A stretch of 64,000 bases of DNA, taken from assembly GCA_010093705.1 (NCBI GenBank), contig MU006090.1:496001-560000 (forward strand), written 5' to 3'. The position numbers and the translations under genes were made by a program. Positions 11,780 to 22,049 of the stretch are shown one piece after another. Positions within the stretch are counted from its first letter, which is position 1; every line of letters starts with the position of its first letter. This DNA comes from Patellaria atrata CBS 101060. Taxonomy: Eukaryota. Under the pieces are notes generated by a model, which did no database searches, was not told where the DNA came from, and saw only the letters and a list, made by a program, of their open reading frames with translations.

Positions 11780-12178
11780 ATTTGAAATTTTTATTTATAC
11801 TGTGAGACATGGATTATAAGCAACTTTTGAAACCGAGCGAATTCTAGAATGGGTAAATGCTACCATCTCTTATAGTAGTTTAAAATGTTATTAGGTAGTT
11901 GGACGTTTTGAACCACTTCACATCAGCGATGTGGAACTATCATAAGGAATGAGTCGGAATGTCGTAGGTTGTAGAGGTTATAGTTATATAGAATTTAGTA
12001 TATAAACAGTGTATCCATCAATCTCAAACTATAATATCATTTGAGAGTTTCAAAGTACGATTCAGGTCACGAGAGTACGCGACAGTGTCCTGCACCATGT
12101 ATGTCTTGACCCTGAAGCGTTGATCATTCTTTTACGTGTTACACACAAAACTTTCCTCTACTATAAATCGCTTCAACC

Positions 12179-13573
12179 ATGGGTTCGTCAGCCGGTGATG
12201 GCTCAGAAGAGGAATTTCGAGTTCTAGTAACAGGCGCAAATAGGTCAGTGATGTTTCAAGCTGTCTAGTCCCATAAGCTGACGTTCTTAATAATTAGTGG
12301 TTTAGGTTTTGCCATCTGCTGTCGTCTAATCGACGAATTCCTCCAAAACCGCCCTCAAAACCAAATTCTCCTTATCATCCCCACGACGCGTAGCCAGCGA
12401 AAAGGCGATGAGACGGTCAATGGGCTAGAAAAGCACCTTCGGAAGACGTGCAGAGATGCGGCAAAGTCCATACCCGGGTTTGACATGGTCCTTCAGCGCC
12501 GTGTGCGCTTCCAACCAGAATCCCTCGACCTCAATTCTATATTATCGGTTCAACGATTGAGCAAGAAGCTGTTGAATAGTAAAAACAAGATCGATGTGTT
12601 GATATGCAATGCTGGATATGGAGGGTTTACACATCCAGATTGGCCCGTTGCTATCTGGACTCTCCTTACGGACTGGATACAGGCGACGACATGGCCGACG
12701 TTCAAATTGGCCGAGACCGGCTTGTTGACTGATTCTCAGATACCTGAAAACAAGAAGAGCGAAGAGACCTCACCAGAAGACACTAGACTAGGAACTGTCT
12801 TCTGCGCAAACGTGTTTGGCCACTATCTCCTAGCCCATTACCTCACCCCTCTACTCTCAGATCATCGTCCAAGGGTAGAAAATAAAGGTCGCATTATATG
12901 GATGTCAAGTCTCGAAGCCTACGAGCGCTGTCTCGATTTCTCCGACTTTCAAAGCATCAAATCTCCCTACTCATACGAAGGTACAAAACGGATCACAGAC
13001 CTCCTCGCACTAACAGCAGAATCTCCATCTACCGCACCCTGGGTAGAGAAGTATTTCACCGATGTACCAAGCCAAACAGTAGCACGGGGACAGCAGACTA
13101 CACGACCTAAGATCTATGTGGCACATCCAGGGATCTGCTACACAGGCATCTTCCCCATAAACTATATAGCAAATCTGGCCATGATAGCCGCGTTCTACAT
13201 CGCGCGATGGTGTGGGTCGATCTGGCACGCCAACCACCCGTACCTGGGGGCCGTGGCGCCTGTCTGGCTTGCCTTAGTATCACAAAGCATCATCGATCAA
13301 GCAGAGGCCAAGGAAGGAAAGGGAAAATGGGGGAGTGCGGTAAACAGACGGGGGAATGAGCGGGTGGTGAGAACGGAAACCGAGAGGTGGGGATGGGGTG
13401 GGATAGTGGGTGAGCAAGTGAGGAAGAAGGGACGGAAGAGGGGTGCGAAAGCAGTCACGGAAGAGGACTTGGTTGTCTTTGAGGAGCAAGGTAGGACGGT
13501 TTGGAAAGAGATGGAGCGGTTGAGGGTCGAATGGGAAAACAAGTTGAGGGAGGCTGGTGTCTCGGAGTTGTAA
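12179..13573 (+). CDS. ERG27: 3-keto-steroid reductase, ~446 aa; exons 12179-12243, 12298-13573
   Basis: Spliced start MGSS...VLVTGANSGLGFAICCRLIDEF (Rossmann), ICNAGYGG, VFCANVFGHY, RIIWMSSLEA, SDR YxxxK (YEGTK), AHPGIC. Confidence 0.93.
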
Positions 13574-14747
13574 GTACTCGTAAAGTTGTATATCTATGAG
13601 CGCAACAAGATATTTAATTGTAATAGACTATTGGAAGCTTGCATCTGTGTACGTCCCTGTGCTAAGAGTCGGGATATCGTCCCTCATTGTGGAACTATTT
13701 ACCAGATAGATGGGAGTGTGTCTCCCCATCCCCAGTTCCACCCGGAAGCGCGATCAAGTATAGAGGAGTCTCACTGGCACAACAACCCACAAAGGTATCG
13801 TGAGTCCTTCGATAAATGTTTTATGTGACTCGTAAATTACAGGTTGTTGAACGAGGATGTTCAAAACACTCATCACAGTGGCGGACTGCAAGAACCCCCG
13901 ACATCTGGCACAGTCACGACGCTAAATGATAATCAGGGGCAAGTCCAGGCTTGGGATGTCCTTCCGCAGCTTCGGGAGAGGAAGATGCGAAAGATGCGCC
14001 CGAATTTGGGCGTTGAGGGCGTCGAGGGCCCCTTGGGCGTTGGAAGCCGCCTTGCATGGTCCGGGAAGCGATCACTGCGGCCAATTCTGCGACGTTTTCC
14101 CTCCATTTTCTTCAAGAGACGCTCGCATTTCTTTTGCTGCTCGTGCTTCTCCTCTTGCTCTCGTGCTCACTGTTTCCATCCATCCCTCTAAGAAGTTTCG
14201 ATTGATTCTTACATTATTTCGACGACAAAGTCATCCTCTGTGACTGTGACTCTAGAGCTTCGTGACGCGTAGTTGCTACTTACCATCTGCTCGCTCTCCG
14301 GATCATTGCACATATTCTCCGCTCAGAAAACTTGTTGCGCTTTTGGCCGCTGCTCTTCAACTCTTCCAATCAAATCACATCACAATCAATTCCCGTCTTC
14401 CATTAAGGCTTAAATTCCTGCTCAAAGAGCAGGATATTCCAATGGAACCCAAGCAAGAGGTGCTCTCGAGCGACTTCCCTCCCGTCTTCGCGCACATGCT
14501 CTTCGACCATTGACCTGCGCACATAATTTGACAACAAGGCGCATCTCTCATCGCGCCGTCACGAGACACGCTCCGAGGACAAAGAAAGGAGTAGTCGCGT
14601 GTTTATACATTGTCCAAACTTGACAAAGCCATTGTTCTCTCCCACTTTCTGTCAACTTCAACCAAGCGGACGCCGGAACAACCATCTTGAAACCAAAATC
14701 CCCACAAACCTTTATCATCCTTCGTACCGACCTTACAATACTATAAT

Positions 14748-16361
14748 ATGGCTTCATTTCCGATAACAAACCCGAAGCTTCAACGAGCGCTGAATATGTC
14801 CAAATCGCGCCAAGCAAGCCTGGAGCCTGGTACTACAAAAGATGGAAACGAGAAGAATACAACGGACGATTCCCTTTTACAACCTGGCACGAAGCCAAAA
14901 GAGGAAACTGAAGACTGGAAGTCTTCAAGCACTGGCTCCCGTGGCGCAACACAATCATTCTCAGCGGGCAGGAGGTCCAGTCTAGCAGGATCGTCAACAC
15001 CTTCTTCTCTCAGACGCATGGGTAACAGGGACATTGATCAACAAATGGACAAGATGAGCAAGGAAATCTTCGACCTGAAATTGCGTATCACCTTGCAAGA
15101 AGAGGACCACGCGAAGATGGCGAAGAAATGGGAGGATGCTGAGGATAGAGCAGAAATCGCAGAAGAAAGGGCCGAAAGGCTGGAAGACCGTAACCAAGTA
15201 TTGGAGACCGAAAATGAGCAACTAAAGAAGAAGCTTGAGGAGATCAAGGAAAGCGAACTGTTCTTCCAACAGGAAAACACCGAGGTCTTAGGAGCACAGG
15301 AGCAAATGGCGGCCGAGCTCAAAGACAGCGAAGATGCTCTTTCCGAAGCAGCGAACGTGATCCAGGCTCTCCAAGACAAAGTCGAACAACTGGAAAGGTC
15401 CCTTGAGAGTTCCAAGAAGAAGGATCTTCCGCAAGTCTACCAAGCTCCCAGCTTCTCCCACGACTCCGATTACTTCAGCGCCGCCTCCACCTCAACATCT
15501 CCCCACCCGCTCAAGCAACCACGTACCCCCCGCCCTCTCAGCCGCCGCCAGCACAGTCTCAAAGTCGGCACCCCGCACACTTCCAACAGGGGGAGCGGCG
15601 TCGAGAGCAAGACCAGCTCCTCCTCCCTCGGCACGAGCCAGGACAACGAGTCCGTCTCTTCCTTCACCTGGGACAATGCCAGCAACGCTAGTCCCGCAAA
15701 ACGCTCGAGCATAGCTCCAACCCAACCCTACAACCCCACTCCTATCACCGGCACCAGGAACCCAACCCCATCCACCCCCAGCGCCACCACCCGCCGCAAC
15801 TCCGCCTACGGAATCTCAGCCTCTCAAACCCTCCCGCGCGTTCAACCCCCGCCAATACACCGACCATCCTCCACGGTCCCCGAGCCGAAACTAGCAACGC
15901 CGCTACCCCTCCGCTCCAACATCCCCCGTCCGGACTCCACGATCCGCACAACCTCCATACCCACACACACGCGTCCCGCGTCCCTGCAACAACCACCCAC
16001 ACCCACCCTCGCCACGCCAAAGGCCACAGCCACAGCCCCGGCCCCTATCTCCCACGCCCTCGACGCCCTCAACCGCAGCCACCCCACCGCCTCCCTCCTC
16101 CCCGGTCTCAGGGATCTTCTACCGCCAGACGCGCGCCTGGGCAACGCGCCACTGAACTTGCAGCATCGCTCCTCTGCGCCGACGGTTACGACGTTCGACG
16201 ATGATGTCTTCTCCACCGCGTCGGGGGAGGAGGTGCCGCGACCGCCGCCTAGTGAGGTTGAGAGCGAGGTTAGTGTCGAGTGGGGTGGGGGGTTGGGGAG
16301 GTGGGTGCCGAGGAGGCGGAGGGAGAGTTTGAGGAATTGGATGTTTGATGGGAGGGGGTAG
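14748..16361 (+). CDS. Coiled-coil protein with centrosomin N-terminal motif 1 (CM1) and Ser/Pro/Thr-rich tail, 537 aa
   Basis: MGNRDIDQQMDKMSKEIFDLKLRITLQEE resembles the CM1 pattern (L..ENF.LKL.I..LEE), followed by ~100 aa of heptad-rich sequence. The start could extend upstream via an intron. Confidence 0.7.
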   Translation: MASFPITNPKLQRALNMSKSRQASLEPGTTKDGNEKNTTDDSLLQPGTKPKEETEDWKSSSTGSRGATQSFSAGRRSSLAGSSTPSSLRRMGNRDIDQQMDKMSKEIFDLKLRITLQEEDHAKMAKKWEDAEDRAEIAEERAERLEDRNQVLETENEQLKKKLEEIKESELFFQQENTEVLGAQEQMAAELKDSEDALSEAANVIQALQDKVEQLERSLESSKKKDLPQVYQAPSFSHDSDYFSAASTSTSPHPLKQPRTPRPLSRRQHSLKVGTPHTSNRGSGVESKTSSSSLGTSQDNESVSSFTWDNASNASPAKRSSIAPTQPYNPTPITGTRNPTPSTPSATTRRNSAYGISASQTLPRVQPPPIHRPSSTVPEPKLATPLPLRSNIPRPDSTIRTTSIPTHTRPASLQQPPTPTLATPKATATAPAPISHALDALNRSHPTASLLPGLRDLLPPDARLGNAPLNLQHRSSAPTVTTFDDDVFSTASGEEVPRPPPSEVESEVSVEWGGGLGRWVPRRRRESLRNWMFDGRG

Positions 16362-16871
16362 GGTTGGGTTCGGGGTTTGTGGAAGGCAGAGGAGGGGTAT
16401 AAAAGTCGTTTGGAGGGGTTGTGTGGCGTTTGGGGGTTTTGGGTCTGTTTTTATTGGTTGTTTGCTGGTGGGGAGCATGGAGATGGACTGGAAAATGGTG
16501 TGCGGTTTGTGGTCTGTGGTTTGTTTGGTAGTTTAGGTTGGGATAGATTAATATCATCAGTGAGATTCAATAGACCTCGTCTCTTGTGATTTCGTGACCT
16601 CCTTTTTCATAACCTCTCTGATACAACTTGACGAAGCAGCCTGGTCAGTAACAACCACTTCACTGAAACCCCAATAAAGGTTCGAATATACCATCATTAC
16701 GATTAATCTGCCGAGGACGGACGTGACTGACTAAAGCTATACTGTGTCCAGTCCACACGCATACCCCACACATCCTCCATGCCAACCGTCCCATCCCATC
16801 CACAGTAACAAGCAAAACTTCCCATCACTATCATAAAGTAGCAATCCGCTCACCGCCGAAGCAAGAAACCT

Positions 16872-16912
16872 CCCCCCCCCCCCCAAAAAAAAAACCCCCC
16901 CCCCCCCCCCCC
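16872..16912. repeat. Compound homopolymer C13-A10-C18
   Basis: Directly visible; lies just downstream of the 17115-19877 gene. Confidence 0.95.
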
Positions 16913-17114
16913 AATTACAATACAGTACAAGAAGCACAACGATGGCAACCATACCGAATATGAGAGTCATGACCAAAACAAAGAGAACCATAAATGCAAA
17001 CATTCCCTCGCCCAGAAAAAAAAAATTTCATCAGAAAATAAGAACGTGAAATGGGACCTAAACCAGACAATACGAAAGTCAAAAAGCTCCGTTAAGGTGA
17101 AATCAGACCAAACA

Positions 17115-19877
17115 TCAAAGTCCCGAAACCTTGACACTCTCGAAATCCCTCCACCCCCCCAAACTCCCCCACGCCGCGAGCACATCATCACTAACACTAC
17201 AACGACCACTAACATGCATACTCTCCCTAATCGGCCCGACATCTCTAGACGTCCTATTCGAACTGAACCTCGAATGGCGAGACCGATGCGAAAGTACCGA
17301 ATCCCTAGACCCAAGGCTAGTCCTACTTTTCATCGAGCGACTGTGGCGCTGATGGGTCGGTTTACGCTCATCGCACGCGCCATCCAAAGACGAAATTGTA
17401 GCTGAAGTGGTCGGAGTAATGGATTTGGCGACGCTGCTTACCGTCGTCGAGCGGCTTAGGGCTACTTTCTCCTTAAAGTTTTGCAACTCCGCTTCGACTT
17501 CGCTGTGGCCGGCATCCTCGTTGGTGCTGGTCTCGCTCCCTGCGACTTTGACGGAAAGCTCTTCCCCGGCTCGTTGACGAGGTGTAACTGGTGACGGGAG
17601 AGGAGAGACGTGACTGGTGGTTGTGGGAGTTGTTAATGCGGGAGGGAGGAGATCAATGGGAGAAAAAGCTAGAGACGGGGAGAGGCGAGGGGCTATTGAG
17701 TTAGGTGAGTCTGACCTAGGATTAGGAAGGAAAGAGGGCGTCGAAGCCGGGGATGAATTTTCCAGGAGAATGTTCGTCACATTCGACTTTGTTCTGGGAC
17801 TATCGGTTGTGTCTATGGGGGATGAGGCTCCCTCTTTACCCCCTAGGATGGAACTCTGTCTTGACTGGATAGATGGAGCACCAGAAGAGGGGAAAGGAAA
17901 CGAGGACATAATATCTGAGGTTATAGTGGGACTATCCATGGTAAGGAATCCTGAAGTCCGAATATCTTCTTTGTGAGGTAATGCAACAGCAGCTGGCTTT
18001 GACCGACCTTGTTTCAGAGCGGTCTTATAACCTTCGCTAAAGTTTTGCTCAGCCATAGCGGCACGTTTCCGCCTCATCATCTCAAGCAAAGCTTCCTCCT
18101 CCTCTGTTACGGCCATAAGTTTATGTTGGTCACCGTGTAATCGAGGTTCACTCTTCGTAGTATAACTGCTTCGTCCACTTTTCGAGCTCAGTGTCGGCGA
18201 CATTGGAGCTGTCAACCGGGTATTGGAGGTATGAGGGCGATCCACATCCTCTGGTATGGATGAAGGTTGCCGAGTATGCCCACTCCGTTTGCTTCGATGT
18301 CTTGGAGGTATAGGAGTACTTCTATTCGAAAAGTTTGGAATATCAGAATTCCCAAAAGTTGATGCAGACTGTATGCTTGAAACAGAGTTCTGTCGCCACG
18401 GAGGATTTTGTGCGGTCTGCCAGCTTGGACTTCGAGCTTTTACATCTATCGACTGAGCTTTCCCGATCACGATTTCCCCTTCAGTGTCACTAAGTATAGC
18501 AATGCTATCTCTTATTGGCTCTCGGTACGGCGCGGTATTCTCACATTCTTCGTCAGACGAGGAGAACGAAAGTATACTCTGATTTTGCAGGTTTGAGTGA
18601 GACAGTTTGCTTTCTTTAGTTGCATGACTAGACGTAGATCCTTGGCTAGGATGTCGACGGGAAGCAAGATGCCGGTTTGAGGATAAATGATCTCCTGTCC
18701 GGCTTCCTCGTGATGGACTCGGTGAAATCTGGACCTTCTTTACGTTTGAAGAAATTGGTGCCGGTTTGCTCCAGGATGTCTTATGGAGGTGATTCTGGGG
18801 TTGATTATTGTTACTCACTTGGATCCGAGGCACTTGTGAGACAGATCTTTCTGGTTGCTGTTCCACTTCATCATCTTCGTCATCTTCATCGTCCCAGCCT
18901 TCGAACCAATGCTGTATACCGCGTGGTGGACGACGAACATTGACCTTTGCATTATCATATTGATCTCTCTCGACAGATCTTTGCCGTACGGCTTGCTGTG
19001 CAATTTCCCGGGAAGGTTTCTTTTGCAGTTTTCCACTTCTCGGGGGAACAGATTGAGCTCCAGGACTAAGTTTCGGGGGATGACGAGGGAAGTACTCAGA
19101 AGCAACAGATAAAGCCGACGGAGAATTCACAAACTTAGTTGGTGAAAGAAGGTTCCCGGCCGTGGGTTTCGTGGGAGTAGGGAATAGTTTTGAGAGATCT
19201 AATTTTGCTGGCCGCTTCCTTTTACTCGTATCTGAATCGAAACTCGTCTCTATACTCAACGGACTTTTTGCTGGTTCGAAGTGTTGACCTTCGTATGGTG
19301 TTGCGGAGTCGGGTATCGGCGGATAGCCCTTCCGTAGTGCCCTATCTCTCACGGCGGAATTCGATGTTTGCTGCGACACCAAAAGCGGTGATTTCTTCGC
19401 ATCGTAGTATGACCGTAACGTTGAAGAAGATCCGTGATTTCGTATTTCTCGAGTAGTGTCACTCGGGATTGAGGGAGTTATCGTACTACCGGTACCGCCC
19501 GCCGCACCTAACAGATTGGAGGATGCTTTGTGTTGAAGGCTCTGCCATCTCGGAGGGAGTACGAGGTCTTCTGGTGATACTGGATTATATCTTTCAGTGT
19601 AATCCGACTCGTAACTAGCTTCGGACGTGGCTACAGTAGTATGACTTCCTCTTCTCCCTGGAGGTGCCGGAGTGCTCGATCCTCTTCGGCTTGATGGTTG
19701 GCTGGGCAGATTGGTAGCACCTAACAGTCTTTCCGCCTTATTTGTGGGTCTTGTGCCTTCATCTACGCGTGAGTTGTACGTCGATGATGAGCGTGAGATG
19801 TCTTTTTCGCCATGGTCTTTTGCTGCATGTGATTTGCGACCCGGTATAGGGAAGGAAAACATAGAAGATCGGCCCAT
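17115..19877 (-). CDS. Uncharacterised Ser/Pro-rich fungal protein, 920 aa, intronless
   Basis: Long ORF, mostly low-complexity, with ordered-looking islands (LRSYYDAKKSPLLVSQQTS, VNVRRPPRGIQHWF, LMAVTEEEEALLEMMRRKR, RCSVSDDVLAAWGSLGG). Confidence 0.85.
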   Translation of the reverse strand: MGRSSMFSFPIPGRKSHAAKDHGEKDISRSSSTYNSRVDEGTRPTNKAERLLGATNLPSQPSSRRGSSTPAPPGRRGSHTTVATSEASYESDYTERYNPVSPEDLVLPPRWQSLQHKASSNLLGAAGGTGSTITPSIPSDTTREIRNHGSSSTLRSYYDAKKSPLLVSQQTSNSAVRDRALRKGYPPIPDSATPYEGQHFEPAKSPLSIETSFDSDTSKRKRPAKLDLSKLFPTPTKPTAGNLLSPTKFVNSPSALSVASEYFPRHPPKLSPGAQSVPPRSGKLQKKPSREIAQQAVRQRSVERDQYDNAKVNVRRPPRGIQHWFEGWDDEDDEDDEVEQQPERSVSQVPRIQVSNNNQPQNHLHKTSWSKPAPISSNVKKVQISPSPSRGSRTGDHLSSNRHLASRRHPSQGSTSSHATKESKLSHSNLQNQSILSFSSSDEECENTAPYREPIRDSIAILSDTEGEIVIGKAQSIDVKARSPSWQTAQNPPWRQNSVSSIQSASTFGNSDIPNFSNRSTPIPPRHRSKRSGHTRQPSSIPEDVDRPHTSNTRLTAPMSPTLSSKSGRSSYTTKSEPRLHGDQHKLMAVTEEEEALLEMMRRKRAAMAEQNFSEGYKTALKQGRSKPAAVALPHKEDIRTSGFLTMDSPTITSDIMSSFPFPSSGAPSIQSRQSSILGGKEGASSPIDTTDSPRTKSNVTNILLENSSPASTPSFLPNPRSDSPNSIAPRLSPSLAFSPIDLLPPALTTPTTTSHVSPLPSPVTPRQRAGEELSVKVAGSETSTNEDAGHSEVEAELQNFKEKVALSRSTTVSSVAKSITPTTSATISSLDGACDERKPTHQRHSRSMKSRTSLGSRDSVLSHRSRHSRFSSNRTSRDVGPIRESMHVSGRCSVSDDVLAAWGSLGGWRDFESVKVSGL

Positions 19878-22049
19878 TGCGATTGTTGTTCATGCAGTTA
19901 TCCTTTGGGCCTTGGGACGTGGGATAACAAAGTCGTATTGCACAGGACACAAGGCGGCGGGAATGCAGCTTATAATTGAACGTCAGCGAAGGTACTGGGA
20001 GCGAAACAAACACCTACAGCTTCAAATTTCTCAAGTTCTGAAGCAGCTTGTAACGGTACACTGCATGGCGCGGCGTTGCACTTCTATACAGACAGATCGA
20101 TTGGTCTCCAGGCTAGAACGAATGTCCGTACCCGTAAAAAGGGTCATGCAGCGCTGGTGTGTGTACCTGCAGCTTGAAGTTCTCCTATTCCCCGCTCTTT
20201 CCGATAAACCCTTGTTGCTGCTCTAGGAAAGCAACACACCCTTTCATGTGCCAGACGGGGCGAGACGACGAGACGTGGAGATGTATATCTTTCTCAGAGA
20301 ATGGGAAAGGGGATATGGGGAAGCATCTGAGGTCACAGCGGCTCAGATGAATGATCAAGACGGGAAGGAGTGAGGGAGGGAGTTGAGAAAGTGAAAGTGC
20401 GCGTGTGGCTTCCCTTAAGCTGGCTCATCCCAGCAGTAACATCTTCAATGCCAGGAGAAATTTTGCTAGATGGAATTCATGAAAACCCTTGAATCAAGGT
20501 GACCCCAAGCACAAATTCATCCGAGCGTGGTCAAGATTTGGTCGATAATGCCGGTCTAGCGACGGGAGAGAGTCATGGTTAGATGTGAGATGCCGCAATA
20601 ACAAATTACGAATTGATACGCCTATTTTACGCCCCATCCTTGATCTTCCTCCAAAGTTGGCTAATCGAGAAGAAGTCTACCAGCATTATCATTCATGCTA
20701 TTGAATCTTGTTTCTTCAGTACTTCTTGCGGGGAGGGCCAAGTGATAATAATGTCCTTAATAATGGCATCTTGCTCTCCTTTCGAGACGACTCGAACTGC
20801 ATGTCTTGTCCCTCCTGGTCTGTGTAGCCCGGCGTCAGGGGCAGTCCAAGCGCGACAATAAGACGCTACGCTATGCATTACTACGGTAAGTATGAAGTTG
20901 TGAAAGTCAAGACAAAGCAAGACAAAGGAGAAACCAAAAGTTTTGGCAGGAGCGACAAGCCGTCAGGGAAAGAGCCGACAGAGCCAAACCAGGAAAGCTC
21001 GAAGCCCATGATCTGCAATTCTGGCATCTGCCCGAATTGCGACTAGACCCTACGCCATGAATATCCCAGCTTCGCTCCTTCCTCCCGATTTGAGCAAGAT
21101 GTTCAGAGTTTCGACTCCCTCTTTATCAGCGACAGGTCAACGTCGTGCAGTACAGTACCTACATGCGCGACAACTGCATTTCACACCTGCAGAATGCAGA
21201 GGCACGCTGTTGTCCAGTCAAGCGTTTCCACATTCACTCGAGACATTCATGCGAGAGGAGAGAAAACTTTCTCCAGCTACGAGTCTTCGGAATGGCTCCG
21301 ACTCGAGAGTTTTGAAGTTATTGAAACGATCGTGACGATGCGTAGCTTACCATCTTTCGGCCCTTTTGGCTTGTCCAGCCCTTTAGTAAGATTCAGTGGT
21401 TGATAAAAAGGAAGTCGTCATTGGCCAATAATGTTCGAAATATATTCGGAGATATCGTATCTTCAGGGGTTAAGCGTCCACTTCCGACCAAATGTAGGTA
21501 AGAGGCTTGTGCGTAAGGATTCGTCTTTGTAGATCCGCCATCGATTCATTCCGACGAACTATCGTTCACACTCACGACACTGCTTTGCGATCGATGTTCA
21601 CATCAGGGCGACATCATCAAAAGTTCATGATCGTATGTTCCCCTTAAGCCTCTAGCTTAGTGGATATCTTCTCCTTGTGTTGTTCTCTCATTGAGACCTA
21701 CTTGATCCCGCGGATTTCCCGTCGTAAAATAATATCTGGTACCAGCTTTCAGTACCTTAGGATGACATGATTTGCATTGTCGATATTTGTTACATGGGAT
21801 ACCCGATACTATGGCACAACCAAATATGACACGCCAAATGCCCCATGAGCAACTGTGCCCTTCTAACTAAGATACAAAATGCCTATTTCATGGAATCCCG
21901 GAACGAATCGTGGGGACTTGATTTTATGATACCAGTTGAAACAGTATTAAATGCAGACAATCTGTATTTCGTGAAGAGATATGGACGTAAGTGGACTGTT
22001 AGGGTAATCTAGATAAACACAAGTATCTATCAAGATGACACACAGGCGC

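Noticed and set aside
13920..14190. Coding-looking minus-strand patch (EQEEKHEQQKK...; AQGALDALNAQIRAHL)
   Set aside because: Pieces lie in different frames with an internal stop and no splice model; at best a remnant.
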